From the NCBI GenBank assembly GCA_024278215.1, contig JAJRTR010000093.1, positions 1-45,783 of the forward strand: a DNA stretch of 45,783 nucleotides. The letters are read 5' to 3'. Positions within the stretch are counted from its first letter, which is position 1; every line of letters begins with the position of its first letter. The notes under the pieces are model-generated. The model searched no databases. It was not told the origin of the DNA and was given only the letters and a program-made list of their open reading frames with translations. This stretch comes from a bacterium (lineage in GTDB: Bacteria > UBP15 > UBA6099 > JAJRTR01). Made by a program: the position numbers and the translations under genes. Positions 8,638 through 18,611 of this stretch are shown here, one piece after another.

Positions 8638-11337
8638 TTACCGCCTCACTTCTTTCTGTGTTCGCCTGTTATCCGGCGCCGACTGTGAGGAGTTTAATCT
8701 GCTGATGGTTTTTTCGACGTTCTTCCTGTCCGGAGCGTTCGGCAGGGCGGCGATATATTTCTCGAGCAGCGCGGCGGCGCGCGCGTTGTCGATCTTGCGT
8801 CGGAGCAGAAACATGGCGAAATCCCTGTATACATAAGGGTATGCCTCGGCGCCGTCGAGCGCACGTTCATAAGCTGCCTGCGCTTCGTCCAGCTGGTCTG
8901 CACTGTCGTAGCTGAACGCCATCGCGCTTTTTATTATTGCCAGTCGTCGCGGTGTGTCGGCCATGCCCAGTGCGACTGCGTCGTTGAAGTGTTTTATTGC
9001 TTTGAAGTGGCGCCCGAGTTTCTGAAGCAGGAATCCGAGATTAGCATGCACCTGGCCGGCGTCTTCCGCTTCGGGCGCGAGTTCGAGGTAGCGGGTAAGG
9101 AGCGATATGGCGCGCTGCGGCCTGTCTGCTGTATACGCGTTGTAGATTCCGTAATCTTTGTGAACCTCGGCATAGTCGGGGTTGAGTTCCAGTGCCTTCT
9201 TATAGTTCCTTTCCGCATCGGGATAGCTGCGGAGTTTCTCGTAGCATATCCCAAGTATGTTGTGGACCGAGGCGCTCTCGGCGCCCAGTTCGACAGCTTT
9301 TTCCAGTTGCTTGACGGCTTCCATACAATTGTCCATGTGCCAGTATGTCTGGCCGAGATTCACCCTGAGCAGGGGGGTGTCCGGGTCGAGTTCCACAACC
9401 TTTTTCATTGTTTCGAGCGCTTTGTCCTGCATGCCGAGGTGGCCGTAAACATAAGACAGATTGTTGTATATCGCTATTGTGTCGACGCTGAGCTCGACAT
9501 TCTCCGGGTCTGTCGCGAGCGCTTTTTCATATTCCATTCGTGCGCGGTCGAACTGGCCCACCGCCATATATATCGACGCGATGTCGTTGTGCAGGAACCT
9601 GGACTCTGGATTGAAATCGGAGAGGCGGTCCAATAATTGCAGAGCCTGTTCGCCTCGTCCTTCCTCGAGCATTCGCTCGCCCTGGCGCAGGTAATATTTG
9701 CCGACAACATTTTTTGTAATATAGTCGTAGTCGCCGCGTTCGAGGTCTATCCCGGTCAGGTCGATATTGTCCCACGGGTTATGTTTTGCGATCTTCGAGA
9801 CAAGCGGGTTTACCTGGTAGAGCAGGCCGTTGGACTGGGTGATAACGCCTGTCCGCGAGAACGGTTGCCGAAAGGTGAAATAGAGCGGGCGGCGGTATCG
9901 TGTGTGTTTGATAGCGATGTCCTCGGACATGTCGAGTCTGTGGAATCTGCCGGTGTTTTCGTCGCGGGCGATCTGCGGATAGACTTCTTCCGGGCGGTCG
10001 CCCTGGTGGCCGAACAGCATGACATCCTGCCTCACACCGTATACAAGGCGCAGACACACGAGCGGGAACGATTCCGTTTCGAGATTGGTGAAGATCATTC
10101 CGTCGCGCGCGACATTTCGGAGCATGTTTTTCGCGTATGCCGGAGTAAGTAGGTTGCGTGACTTGTCTGCTGTTTTTCTGCTTTCGAGTCCCGAATAAGC
10201 GATTAGTACGGCGATAATCAGCAAGACCGGCTGCCAGGGGAGTTTCATGCTCCGGATGCCGCGCAGAAGCACATCGCTGCCGAGCCCCATCATGACGGCA
10301 ACGAGTGAAAGCGAAGCGATATGAAATACCGATATGACATAGGACGCGCGGGGTCCGTAGAGAAAGTTGAGGATCATAATGAAACCGCCTGTGAGCGTGA
10401 GCCACAAGAGCAGCAGTAGAAGCCCTCGCCTCCGCCCGCGGAAAAACAGTCCCGCCACTCCGGGAATGAGCAGTAACAGCAGAAACGGCGACCACTGGCG
10501 CACTGCGAGCCGCGCGTAATCGGCGACGAATTTTATCTTTTCCGCAAGGCCGACAGTCTGCGCCTCGGAGCGGGTGTCCACACCTCTGAGATGGTTGAGC
10601 ATTCCCGTGATGGTAGACTGGTCGTGCCAGTAGATGGGTGGCCCGGCGGCGGAACGAAGCGGCAGATAGACCAGTATCGAAGCGACGGCCAATCCTGCGA
10701 ATAAAACCGGGAGCACAAGCCGGAGAAGACCGGGAAATTTCCTGCCGTATACGACGAGAATGTATATGAGGCACACAACGGCGACCAGTGCGGTTGTGTA
10801 ATGAGCCAGCATTCCGAGGACGGCTACTGCCGCGAGTGCGGTGAGTTTGCGGGCGTCGCCGCGCGCGCCTTTGATGTCCCATGTGATGTTGAGCATGAGG
10901 AACATGAAAAAAAGATTGAGCGCGTACACCTCCGCCTGCACCGCCTGTCCCCAGGCCGTCGCGCCAACGCAGACCAGCACCGCGCCCACCAGCGCCGGCA
11001 CCCACCAGCGCGTTATCTTTTCTATCAGTTTGTATGCGAGCGCTACAGCGGCGGCAGCGGCGAATACGGACACCAGGTTTACCGCTAACCCTGTACCGAC
11101 AGGTATAAGGAGGAAAAATAGTTTGCCGAAAAGTGAAAAGAGAGGATAGCCCGGCGCGTGTGTTATGCCGAGCGAATGCGCTGCCGCTATGAACTCGGAA
11201 TTGTCGTCGAAGAGGAACTGCGGAGCGGCTGTAAAAAGATAAACAGCGAGCGCCGCGAGAAAAACTGCGGCATACCGCCAACTATCGTTCAGTCCTGGAA
11301 ATTGCCTGGGTGGTCGAATCTTTTCTCCGGGTCTCAC
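8638..11337 (-). CDS. DUF2723 (TMEM260-like, GT-C fold) membrane protein with C-terminal TPR repeats
   Basis: DDNSEF...LGITHAPGYPLF, QAVQAEVYALN, YLPLRS motifs; many TM helices; TPR repeats. Confidence 0.85.
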   Translation of the reverse strand: MRPGEKIRPPRQFPGLNDSWRYAAVFLAALAVYLFTAAPQFLFDDNSEFIAAAHSLGITHAPGYPLFSLFGKLFFLLIPVGTGLAVNLVSVFAAAAAVALAYKLIEKITRWWVPALVGAVLVCVGATAWGQAVQAEVYALNLFFMFLMLNITWDIKGARGDARKLTALAAVAVLGMLAHYTTALVAVVCLIYILVVYGRKFPGLLRLVLPVLFAGLAVASILVYLPLRSAAGPPIYWHDQSTITGMLNHLRGVDTRSEAQTVGLAEKIKFVADYARLAVRQWSPFLLLLLIPGVAGLFFRGRRRGLLLLLLWLTLTGGFIMILNFLYGPRASYVISVFHIASLSLVAVMMGLGSDVLLRGIRSMKLPWQPVLLIIAVLIAYSGLESRKTADKSRNLLTPAYAKNMLRNVARDGMIFTNLETESFPLVCLRLVYGVRQDVMLFGHQGDRPEEVYPQIARDENTGRFHRLDMSEDIAIKHTRYRRPLYFTFRQPFSRTGVITQSNGLLYQVNPLVSKIAKHNPWDNIDLTGIDLERGDYDYITKNVVGKYYLRQGERMLEEGRGEQALQLLDRLSDFNPESRFLHNDIASIYMAVGQFDRARMEYEKALATDPENVELSVDTIAIYNNLSYVYGHLGMQDKALETMKKVVELDPDTPLLRVNLGQTYWHMDNCMEAVKQLEKAVELGAESASVHNILGICYEKLRSYPDAERNYKKALELNPDYAEVHKDYGIYNAYTADRPQRAISLLTRYLELAPEAEDAGQVHANLGFLLQKLGRHFKAIKHFNDAVALGMADTPRRLAIIKSAMAFSYDSADQLDEAQAAYERALDGAEAYPYVYRDFAMFLLRRKIDNARAAALLEKYIAALPNAPDRKNVEKTISRLNSSQSAPDNRRTQKEVRR

Positions 11338-11345
11338 AGGCTATG

Positions 11346-12680
11346 TCAACCATCCTTTTTTCCGGCGTCAATTTCTTCGATTGCGCAATGGAGCATCTCG
11401 GCAGTAAAAAGGAACTCACCGCTGAATACCTTTTTTACAATTCCGTCGCGGTCCACGATGAAAGATGTCGGCACACCCTTGATGTTGTACGGGTCCTGGA
11501 TTTTCTGTCCATAGTCGGGGACCATCGGAAACGAAATGCCGAATACATTTATAAGCTGATGTGCCACTTCTTCATATTTGCCGGCGTTTTCTCGTTCGGG
11601 CAGGCTGATAATGCCGACTATTTTCATGTTGTCGGCTTCGGCGAATTCACGATTATAAAGTTCGAGACGCGGGAGCTCAGCCCTGCAATGAGGGCAGGCG
11701 GGCGACCAGAAAACGATCAGCAGGCGTGAAAAGTTTTTGTAGAAGGTGGGCGACTGTTCCTCGTTGTTGTAATCCGGCGCCTTGAAAGCGGGGACGGCTT
11801 TGCCGATCATGTCCTTGTAGTTGTCGGGTATGCTGTGATCGTATAGTTCGCATGTCGGCACATCGCCGCCCTTTGCAACATCGACGACCATGTCCGCGAA
11901 AGTCATCGTATTGATTTTCTGAAGCGGAAGCAGTCTGCCTGCTGCCTGGAGGCTGCCTGCGGCATCTATCAGCACATTGAACGGCACACCCCTCGCCCTG
12001 AACGCCGAAATGGTTTTAAATTCAGTGTCGAAAGCCACAACGGCATCGAGTCCGCTCTTTTTTATCATTTCTACTGCTTTCAACTGTGTTTTCCTGTGGT
12101 CTTCCTCGGTCGGGTCGGGGTCCTCTTTCTTTTCTTTGAATTTCCTCCCCGGAGACACCATTATCAATTGTGCGCGGGCGTTTTTCTTCTTCATTTCACT
12201 CTGCAAAGTCTTCATCTGCTCGATGCAAAGATTGCATTTGACATCCCAGAACGACAGGACGATGGGTTTGCCTTTGAAGTCGGAGGCGGAAACGGGATTA
12301 CCGTCGATGTCGATCAGCTCGAGCGGCGGGGCAGGTTCGTGGAGTCTGAGCACCTGTTCCACGGGCGACTTTTTCATCGTTTCGTTTTCTTTGTCGACTG
12401 GAGTGGTGCCCGAAGTTTTTTTCTCCTCCTTTTTCACCGCCGGTGTTTTTGCCGATGCAAGCTCCATTTCGCGCGTTGCCGTATCAGCGGTGATTGTTTC
12501 GGCATTTTCCCCGGTCGCGGCCTGCTGCTGATTATCCCCGGAAACTGTCTTTTGTTGTTCCTGTTGTGTCTTTTGTTGCCGACCGGCATCCTGCGGTTTT
12601 GCGCAACCCGCCTGTGCTGCAAATACCAGCACACACAACATAACAATTATTTTACCTGCGATTCTTTTTTTTGTAGTCAT
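11346..12680 (-). CDS. Exported lipoprotein with two TlpA/ResA-like redoxin domains
   Basis: Lipobox-like AQAGC; SFWDVKCNLC and VFWSPACPHC CxxC motifs, each followed by GVP (cis-Pro loop). Confidence 0.85.
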   Translation of the reverse strand: MTTKKRIAGKIIVMLCVLVFAAQAGCAKPQDAGRQQKTQQEQQKTVSGDNQQQAATGENAETITADTATREMELASAKTPAVKKEEKKTSGTTPVDKENETMKKSPVEQVLRLHEPAPPLELIDIDGNPVSASDFKGKPIVLSFWDVKCNLCIEQMKTLQSEMKKKNARAQLIMVSPGRKFKEKKEDPDPTEEDHRKTQLKAVEMIKKSGLDAVVAFDTEFKTISAFRARGVPFNVLIDAAGSLQAAGRLLPLQKINTMTFADMVVDVAKGGDVPTCELYDHSIPDNYKDMIGKAVPAFKAPDYNNEEQSPTFYKNFSRLLIVFWSPACPHCRAELPRLELYNREFAEADNMKIVGIISLPERENAGKYEEVAHQLINVFGISFPMVPDYGQKIQDPYNIKGVPTSFIVDRDGIVKKVFSGEFLFTAEMLHCAIEEIDAGKKDG

Positions 12681-12922
12681 GAGAATTATGTGTTTCTCCT
12701 TTCGGCGTCCTTCATGTGGAGCTTCTTTTATTGATTGCCGGTCACGACAACGCCCGACCGCTCAGCAGTCCTAAGTAGCCTGATGCACACCATACAATTC
12801 TATAGACATTATAAACACTTATTTGTGCCATAATTCAAATGAATAACAAATTCGTGATTTTTATCCGTTACGGCAAGGCATTCATCACACCGACAGGTTG
12901 CAACCCGCGTCCCGGTATATGT

Positions 12923-14719
12923 CTATTCCAATACGTCCAGAAGTTCGTATATTTTAACCGATTTTGTTTTTCCTTTTACTGTTACGGAATCCAGATATCT
13001 CGCGTCGATCAAGTCTTTGACTTTGCCATAAGTGATCTCGCTGATGAGAATCGAACAATGATATTCTTTCGTGAGACTTTCGATGCGGGAGGCGAGGTTC
13101 ACGCTGTCGCCGATCACAGTATATTCCATTCTCTGCATGTGTCCGATGTTGCCGGCGATGACCTCGCCCGTATGGATGCCGATCCCGATTCTCAGAGGCG
13201 GAAGCCCGTCTTTATTCATCCAGATGTCGTTAAGTTCCTCGAGTTCGTCCCTCATGCGCACGGCTGTTCTTATCGCCCTCATGGGATCGTCGTCGTGCAG
13301 GGTGGGCGTGCCGAAGACGGCCATGATGGCGTCGCCGATATATTTATCCAGAGTTCCCTCGTACATGAAGACACAGTCGACCATCACGTTGAAGTATTCG
13401 TTGAGGATACGCACGACCAGTTCCGCGGGCAGTTTTTCCGCAAGCGTTGTGAAACCCCGGATATCGGAGAATAGAATCGTCACTTCCTTACTTTCGCCGC
13501 CCAGGGATATCTTGTTCGGATCGTTCAGTATCTCGTCTGCTACCTGCTTCGACACGTAGCGCGAGAATGTATCCTTAATCATATTTCTTTCTTTAAGTCC
13601 CCTGATCATATCGTTGAACGAGCCAGCCAGTTCGTTGAGTTCGCGGCCGCCGGAAACGTATTTCACTTCGATATCCAGGTTGCCGCCGCCGATCTCACGC
13701 GCTATCGCCGCCAGCTTCTGTATCGGGGCGGCGAACCGGCGCGCCGCAATAATCGATATTGCCGAAGCGACGAGCATGAACGCTATGACCAGCACCGCCA
13801 TGATCAACTTTATCCGGTCCATCTGCCGATAGAGGTTTTCCATGGAATAACCGATGCGCAACACGCCGATCTTGTTCCGTCCGTTCCTGATAAGGAAGGA
13901 ACTGTCCACGATCCGTCCCCATTTCGCGTCCCTGTATTCCTGCATTATCACAGGGCGTCCGGGATTAACTTCCTGGGCGCGTCTCGTCCTGTCGTCTTCC
14001 AGCTGTTTCCCTTCCATCTCCGCGTCTGGGTGGATGAGAATCATGTTGCCGGGGTCGATGATGTAGCAGAAAACAATGTTGGGATTACTGTTCTGGAGTT
14101 CGGTAAGAATCGCTTTCGCTTCGGAGAAATTAAATGTGTCGACCATCATCCTTACAGTTCTGGCGATGGAGTTCCCGAAGATAGCCACCTGCTTCATGCG
14201 CTCGACCTGCAAAACCGGTTCAGGCTGGAACGTAAGGATTACGTAGCCCGAAACATGCTCTTTGCGATCTTCGCCTGAACCTATTACGACCGTCATCTTC
14301 GCAACGATAAGTGTATATTTTTCGCTCCCTATCGAAACGCCCGGTTCGATATGGGTTTTCCCGATTTTGTCCCGGTTCGCAACGATGTATTTCCTGAAAA
14401 CAGCAGTTTCATTTTCCGGTATGCCGTTGTTGAAAAGCGGTTCGACGGCTTTGTCGAACACTACCAGGTGGTCAATTTCGCGCATATCAACAATGACGTC
14501 ATTGACGATTTCTTCGAGACTGTTCAGCTTATGAGCGGCCACCGCGCTGCGTGCGGTAATGGCGATTACACGTGCCACTGCTGTCATCTGCTCTGTGCGT
14601 TCGTTATTGTAAAACCGGTTGTCGATTTTTCTGAGGGAAAAATAAGTCAGACCCGACGCCATGGTCATGAGCAGGACTACCAGAAAAGACAGGTTTACAA
14701 CAATGCTTCGATTTTTCAT
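12923..14719 (-). CDS. Membrane class III adenylate cyclase with extracytoplasmic sensor and HAMP domains
   Basis: FSDIRGFT, DKYIGDAIMA, GIGIHTG, EYTVIGDSVNLASR; two TM helices; HAMP (ELNELAGSFNDM). Confidence 0.93.
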   Translation of the reverse strand: MKNRSIVVNLSFLVVLLMTMASGLTYFSLRKIDNRFYNNERTEQMTAVARVIAITARSAVAAHKLNSLEEIVNDVIVDMREIDHLVVFDKAVEPLFNNGIPENETAVFRKYIVANRDKIGKTHIEPGVSIGSEKYTLIVAKMTVVIGSGEDRKEHVSGYVILTFQPEPVLQVERMKQVAIFGNSIARTVRMMVDTFNFSEAKAILTELQNSNPNIVFCYIIDPGNMILIHPDAEMEGKQLEDDRTRRAQEVNPGRPVIMQEYRDAKWGRIVDSSFLIRNGRNKIGVLRIGYSMENLYRQMDRIKLIMAVLVIAFMLVASAISIIAARRFAAPIQKLAAIAREIGGGNLDIEVKYVSGGRELNELAGSFNDMIRGLKERNMIKDTFSRYVSKQVADEILNDPNKISLGGESKEVTILFSDIRGFTTLAEKLPAELVVRILNEYFNVMVDCVFMYEGTLDKYIGDAIMAVFGTPTLHDDDPMRAIRTAVRMRDELEELNDIWMNKDGLPPLRIGIGIHTGEVIAGNIGHMQRMEYTVIGDSVNLASRIESLTKEYHCSILISEITYGKVKDLIDARYLDSVTVKGKTKSVKIYELLDVLE

Positions 14720-14743
14720 AGTTGTTCGGGGGACGAGGCCGGG

Positions 14744-15676
14744 CTATTCCTCGATCGTTTTTTTCCACTTTTCGTAGTCTTTCAGCCAGCCCGCTTTCCT
14801 GGCCGCTTCCACCCGCTTGCGGAAGGGTTCGTAGACTTCCGGCGTCACTTTCTCAAATTTAGCGTTACCCGCAATGAAGTAAACGCGGAATTCCTTGAAA
14901 GCAGGGTCTTTATGCGCCTTCAGAAGCGTCTTCGTGATTGTGATGGCGTCTTTCCAGTCGAAATTCTCGTTAAAGACAAGTGGATCGATCGGGTACTCGC
15001 CCATACACTCGAGTTTCTGTATGTCGTTGAATCTCTTATCGGACACAGCGGCCATTACATAGGCCATTTCGGAGAGCGCCAGCACATCGGTTTTTTTGAA
15101 AATCAGCGTATACAAAGCAGAACTCGGGTTGTTGGCTTCGAGCACCTTCGAGAAATATTCCGTCAGTTTTCCATCAAAACCATTTTTCTTGAGAAAGTTC
15201 TGCGTATACAACCATTCCTTATCGCTCAGGATCATCAGGCGCTTGTCCCGCAGACTGCCGAGCCCCCCCGCCTCGTCGCTGTCTTTGCGCACGTACAGAC
15301 ATATATTCGTAGTCACTTTCCCGCTGAACGCGAGCGAAAGCATCGGCCTTACCGGGAATTTCTCTTCGACCGCCCTGATGTATTGCATCGGCTTGAGAAT
15401 CGCCAGGTCTATCTCGCCGTTCTTGAGTTTCTCGTATACTTCATCCGCAGTCTCAGCCGACAGCATCTCGACTTCGATCCCGGTCTTCTGTTTCACAACT
15501 TCCGCCAGGCCCGAAAACAATGCGTCCACTGTCGCAGCGGATTCGCCGCCCATCGAGAACTGGTAATTCACCATGAACTTGTATGGCCCGCCTGCTACTA
15601 TGACTTGCGGAACGGCGGCAATCGTTAAGAACGCAACAATTGCAACCACAAATAGCTTTATCCCTTTTCCGAGCAA
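14744..15676 (-). CDS. PhnD/SsuA-family periplasmic substrate-binding protein
   Basis: Signal peptide; KKTGIEVE...LKNGEIDLAIL pattern; GGAGG before a TTG start. Confidence 0.75.
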   Translation of the reverse strand: MLGKGIKLFVVAIVAFLTIAAVPQVIVAGGPYKFMVNYQFSMGGESAATVDALFSGLAEVVKQKTGIEVEMLSAETADEVYEKLKNGEIDLAILKPMQYIRAVEEKFPVRPMLSLAFSGKVTTNICLYVRKDSDEAGGLGSLRDKRLMILSDKEWLYTQNFLKKNGFDGKLTEYFSKVLEANNPSSALYTLIFKKTDVLALSEMAYVMAAVSDKRFNDIQKLECMGEYPIDPLVFNENFDWKDAITITKTLLKAHKDPAFKEFRVYFIAGNAKFEKVTPEVYEPFRKRVEAARKAGWLKDYEKWKKTIEE

Positions 15677-15835
15677 AGATCATTCCTCCAGATACGACTG
15701 TCTGGTAATTATATGTAATTTAAAAACGATTGTTTACATTATTTCCTTTTTATTTATCATTCGTCAACCGGACCAGCCTGTTCCTTTTGTATTCGCAGGC
15801 TCCGGTTGTACAATATAAACAGCGGAGCGTGAAGA

Positions 15836-16747
15836 ATGGTTTCATATAATAAAACCCTCTGGGGATGGATCACGAACATCGGACACGGCACGACAAAAGA
15901 CGGTCCGGGGTGGCGCTCGATTGTCTATTTCAAAGGCTGCAATTTTCGATGCCCATGGTGTGCCGCCCCGGAGACAATCAACTTCGGAGCCGAACTCGCC
16001 CTCTATCCGCGGATGGAGAAATATCCCGAGCGCATCGCGGCATCATGCCCGCACGGAGCAATTTCCGTAGCCGATGCGAAGACATCGACCGACCGTTCGG
16101 TATGCGCCGGGTGCAGGGATTTCAACTGCGCACGTGTGTGCATCGACGGCTCCCGCGAGAAGATCGGTCGCGAAGTCAGTGTCGAGCAAGTTGTGGTCGA
16201 AGTCGCGCAGTATAAGCGGTTCCACAGAGACTACGGCGTCACCCTCTCCGGCGGCGAGGTCACATGCCAGTGGATGTTCCTGCTCGAAATTCTCAAGGGC
16301 ATGAAAGCGCACGGACTACACACCGCTGTCGAGACAAACGCCTCTTTCGACCTGCTTACATCCGCCGCGGAATGGACGGACCTGTTTATCTGCGACCTCA
16401 AGCATCCCGACCCTGCCGAACACATAAAACTCACCGGGTATACGAATGAAATTGTGCTGAAAAACATCATGGAAATAGCGTCGATGAACCACCCTCTGTG
16501 GGTGAGGATACCGCTTGTGCCGGGCATAAACGACGGTGCGGCGCTTGTGCGTTCGGCTGAATTGCTTGCTCCGTTCGGCAGGGGCATGAAGATCGAAGTG
16601 CTGGGCTACAACAGGCTCGGCGTCCACAAGTGGCGGGCGATGGGCCGCGACTACACCCTCGGCAACGTCGAACCGCCTGCAGAGGCCGACCTTGAAAAAG
16701 CACGGAATGTTTTTCGCTCGTTCGGCATGGAAGTTATCAATACCTGA
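15836..16747 (+). CDS. Glycyl-radical enzyme activating enzyme (radical SAM)
   Basis: DGPGWRSIVYFKGCNFRCPWC, GVTLSGGE, HTAVET, DLKH, RIPLVPGIND. Confidence 0.92.
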   Translation: MVSYNKTLWGWITNIGHGTTKDGPGWRSIVYFKGCNFRCPWCAAPETINFGAELALYPRMEKYPERIAASCPHGAISVADAKTSTDRSVCAGCRDFNCARVCIDGSREKIGREVSVEQVVVEVAQYKRFHRDYGVTLSGGEVTCQWMFLLEILKGMKAHGLHTAVETNASFDLLTSAAEWTDLFICDLKHPDPAEHIKLTGYTNEIVLKNIMEIASMNHPLWVRIPLVPGINDGAALVRSAELLAPFGRGMKIEVLGYNRLGVHKWRAMGRDYTLGNVEPPAEADLEKARNVFRSFGMEVINT

Positions 16748-16861
16748 CCTCATACTGGAAAAGATTGAAAATATCTTTTGCTCCGATTGCCGCCGGACGC
16801 GGAAGAACCTGTTTTTATATTTATTCTGTTACGATTATTAAAGCGCATCGTATCCGCTGCA

Positions 16862-17623
16862 TCATGGTTTCGCGCAGTTTTCATAGTAAAGTGTCTCTTT
16901 CATGTCGAGTGCGCTGTCGATTCTGTCGCTGCTGACATCGAAGTCCGTCCTGTGGATGTCGTAGAGCCGCCACCTCCCGCCGCCGTGATCAGCGAAAGTT
17001 ACCTCGAAAACTGCTTCCGACGCATATCTACCGGCATCCTGTCCGGCTCGTTCCGTGCTTTTAAGTTCCGCTGTTACTTCAACAACGGCGAGCCTTACAA
17101 TCCGCGTGTGAAATTTATAGTAGTTCTTGTCTCCGCTTCGTTTGAAATCCGACACTACGGACATCACAGCGTCACGAAGTCCTTTGTATGGAAGATAAAC
17201 ATCGGAGCGTGAAATATTGTCAACCTCATTGATTATCCGCACATCTCCGGGTACCGGTTGTATTATGCGCGCCCGGGCCGGGATCGCCGCGCAGTAGCTG
17301 TATTTGAAATCGTCCAGCCGGATCGCGAGACCGATACCCAGGGGGCTGTCGAGCACGTAGTCGAGTTTGTCCGGCAGGCGTGCCGGGCTGACACCGAGTG
17401 CGACATCTCTGTAGGAGTCGCCGAAACTAGCGACAACGTCGACTGCGAGGCTGCGGAGTTTGCCCTTGTCGATGTGCTGCTCGGTAGCGGGCGAGCCGGA
17501 GAAATCCGCCGCGCACATAAAACAGGCAATTGCAAACATACTCAGTATAACGCGTCTTATTGTATCTTTTATTTTCAACTTACCGCTCCGAATTGTGCTG
17601 CCGCCGGACTGCCGATTATTCAT
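16862..17623 (-). CDS. Hypothetical exported protein
   Basis: 253-aa ORF with a hydrophobic N-terminal segment; true start may be downstream. Confidence 0.6.
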   Translation of the reverse strand: MNNRQSGGSTIRSGKLKIKDTIRRVILSMFAIACFMCAADFSGSPATEQHIDKGKLRSLAVDVVASFGDSYRDVALGVSPARLPDKLDYVLDSPLGIGLAIRLDDFKYSYCAAIPARARIIQPVPGDVRIINEVDNISRSDVYLPYKGLRDAVMSVVSDFKRSGDKNYYKFHTRIVRLAVVEVTAELKSTERAGQDAGRYASEAVFEVTFADHGGGRWRLYDIHRTDFDVSSDRIDSALDMKETLYYENCAKP

Positions 17624-17862
17624 TTTTATGCTCTACATTATAGCACCCATGCGGCTATACAGATATAATTTGCCGAAACAGCAATAAGCTATAATTGGAA
17701 ACGTGGAAAATATATTATTACTGAACTATCATCTGTCGCAAGAAATACTTTCAGACGGGGTAAGGTGGTACGGTGATGCCGCCTCATAGCATTCGTGAAC
17801 GTATAAATGCCACAGCGCGTTTTTTAACCCATTGACGCTGCTAAGGAGACATTTATTATAAA

Positions 17863-18039
17863 GACCAATTGCAAAATTCTGATTCTGCTGCGGTCGGCTG
17901 CTATTGTCCATTGCTGCGTTGTCGGCACAAAATCGTCCTCGACGTACTCTACAAGTACGCCTGCGAGGATTGTACACCTTCGCCTTGCTCCGAACAATTT
18001 CGCTCGACCTCGCTACGAACATAATTTTGCAATTGGCTC
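17863..18039 (-). mobile_element. MITE-like palindromic element, copy 3 (177 bp, inverted)
   Basis: TIRs present (left one GACC..., 1-bp deletion); 4-bp TSD TAAA at 17859-17862 and 18040-18043. Confidence 0.92.
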
Positions 18040-18086
18040 TAAAGCATCCGGGTTGTTTTCCTGTGTCCGGCGATTAAAATGTAAAT

Positions 18087-18542
18087 ATGAAAAAGCTTAA
18101 CAGCCATGAGAAAAAAGCAGTTGAAGGAATCCGTTTCGATTGTGTGGAAAAATGTGTGAAATGTTGCGAGATACCCGGCCAGGTGTTTGTCGTGCATAAG
18201 GATATTCCCGCAATGGCCGGATTCTTCAATATGTCGGCGGATCAGTTCATCGAGGAAAAGCTGGCCGAAATAAGGCACGGCCTTTATACACTGGACATGC
18301 CGGACGAGGAACCGTGCGTTTATCTCGAGGACGGCGGTTGCAGTATCTATCCCGCGCGGCCGCTTCAATGCCGCACATTCCCGTTCTGGCCGGAGAATAT
18401 GGCGAGCTTAAAAGAATGGAGAAAGGTGGTAAGACTCTGCCCGGGAATCGGGCGCGGGCGGATGTATTCCGTTGATGAAATAACGGACATCGTTGCGAAA
18501 TCAAGCATACTGAGTGTTCCGTTCATAATGAAAAATGAGTAG
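18087..18542 (+). CDS. YkgJ-family (CxxCxxCC) cysteine-cluster protein
   Basis: CVEKCVKCC...CVYL...CSIYPARPLQCRTFPFW...CPG. Confidence 0.9.
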   Translation: MKKLNSHEKKAVEGIRFDCVEKCVKCCEIPGQVFVVHKDIPAMAGFFNMSADQFIEEKLAEIRHGLYTLDMPDEEPCVYLEDGGCSIYPARPLQCRTFPFWPENMASLKEWRKVVRLCPGIGRGRMYSVDEITDIVAKSSILSVPFIMKNE

Positions 18543-18611
18543 TGTCGTGTCAACGATGAAAAGTGACAATAACGGGGCTGTGGGCCGCATCGTTGCGGTC
18601 CCTGGTGAAAA

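Noticed and set aside
12700-12760. Canonical ZMP/ZTP riboswitch
   Set aside because: Only short motif resemblance; P2 and P3/pseudoknot are missing and the downstream gene is unrelated to purine or folate metabolism
18027-18060. Outward-facing TTGCAA -35 box in the TIR forming hybrid promoters
   Set aside because: No suitably spaced -10 box at the right-hand ends of copies 3, 4 or 5
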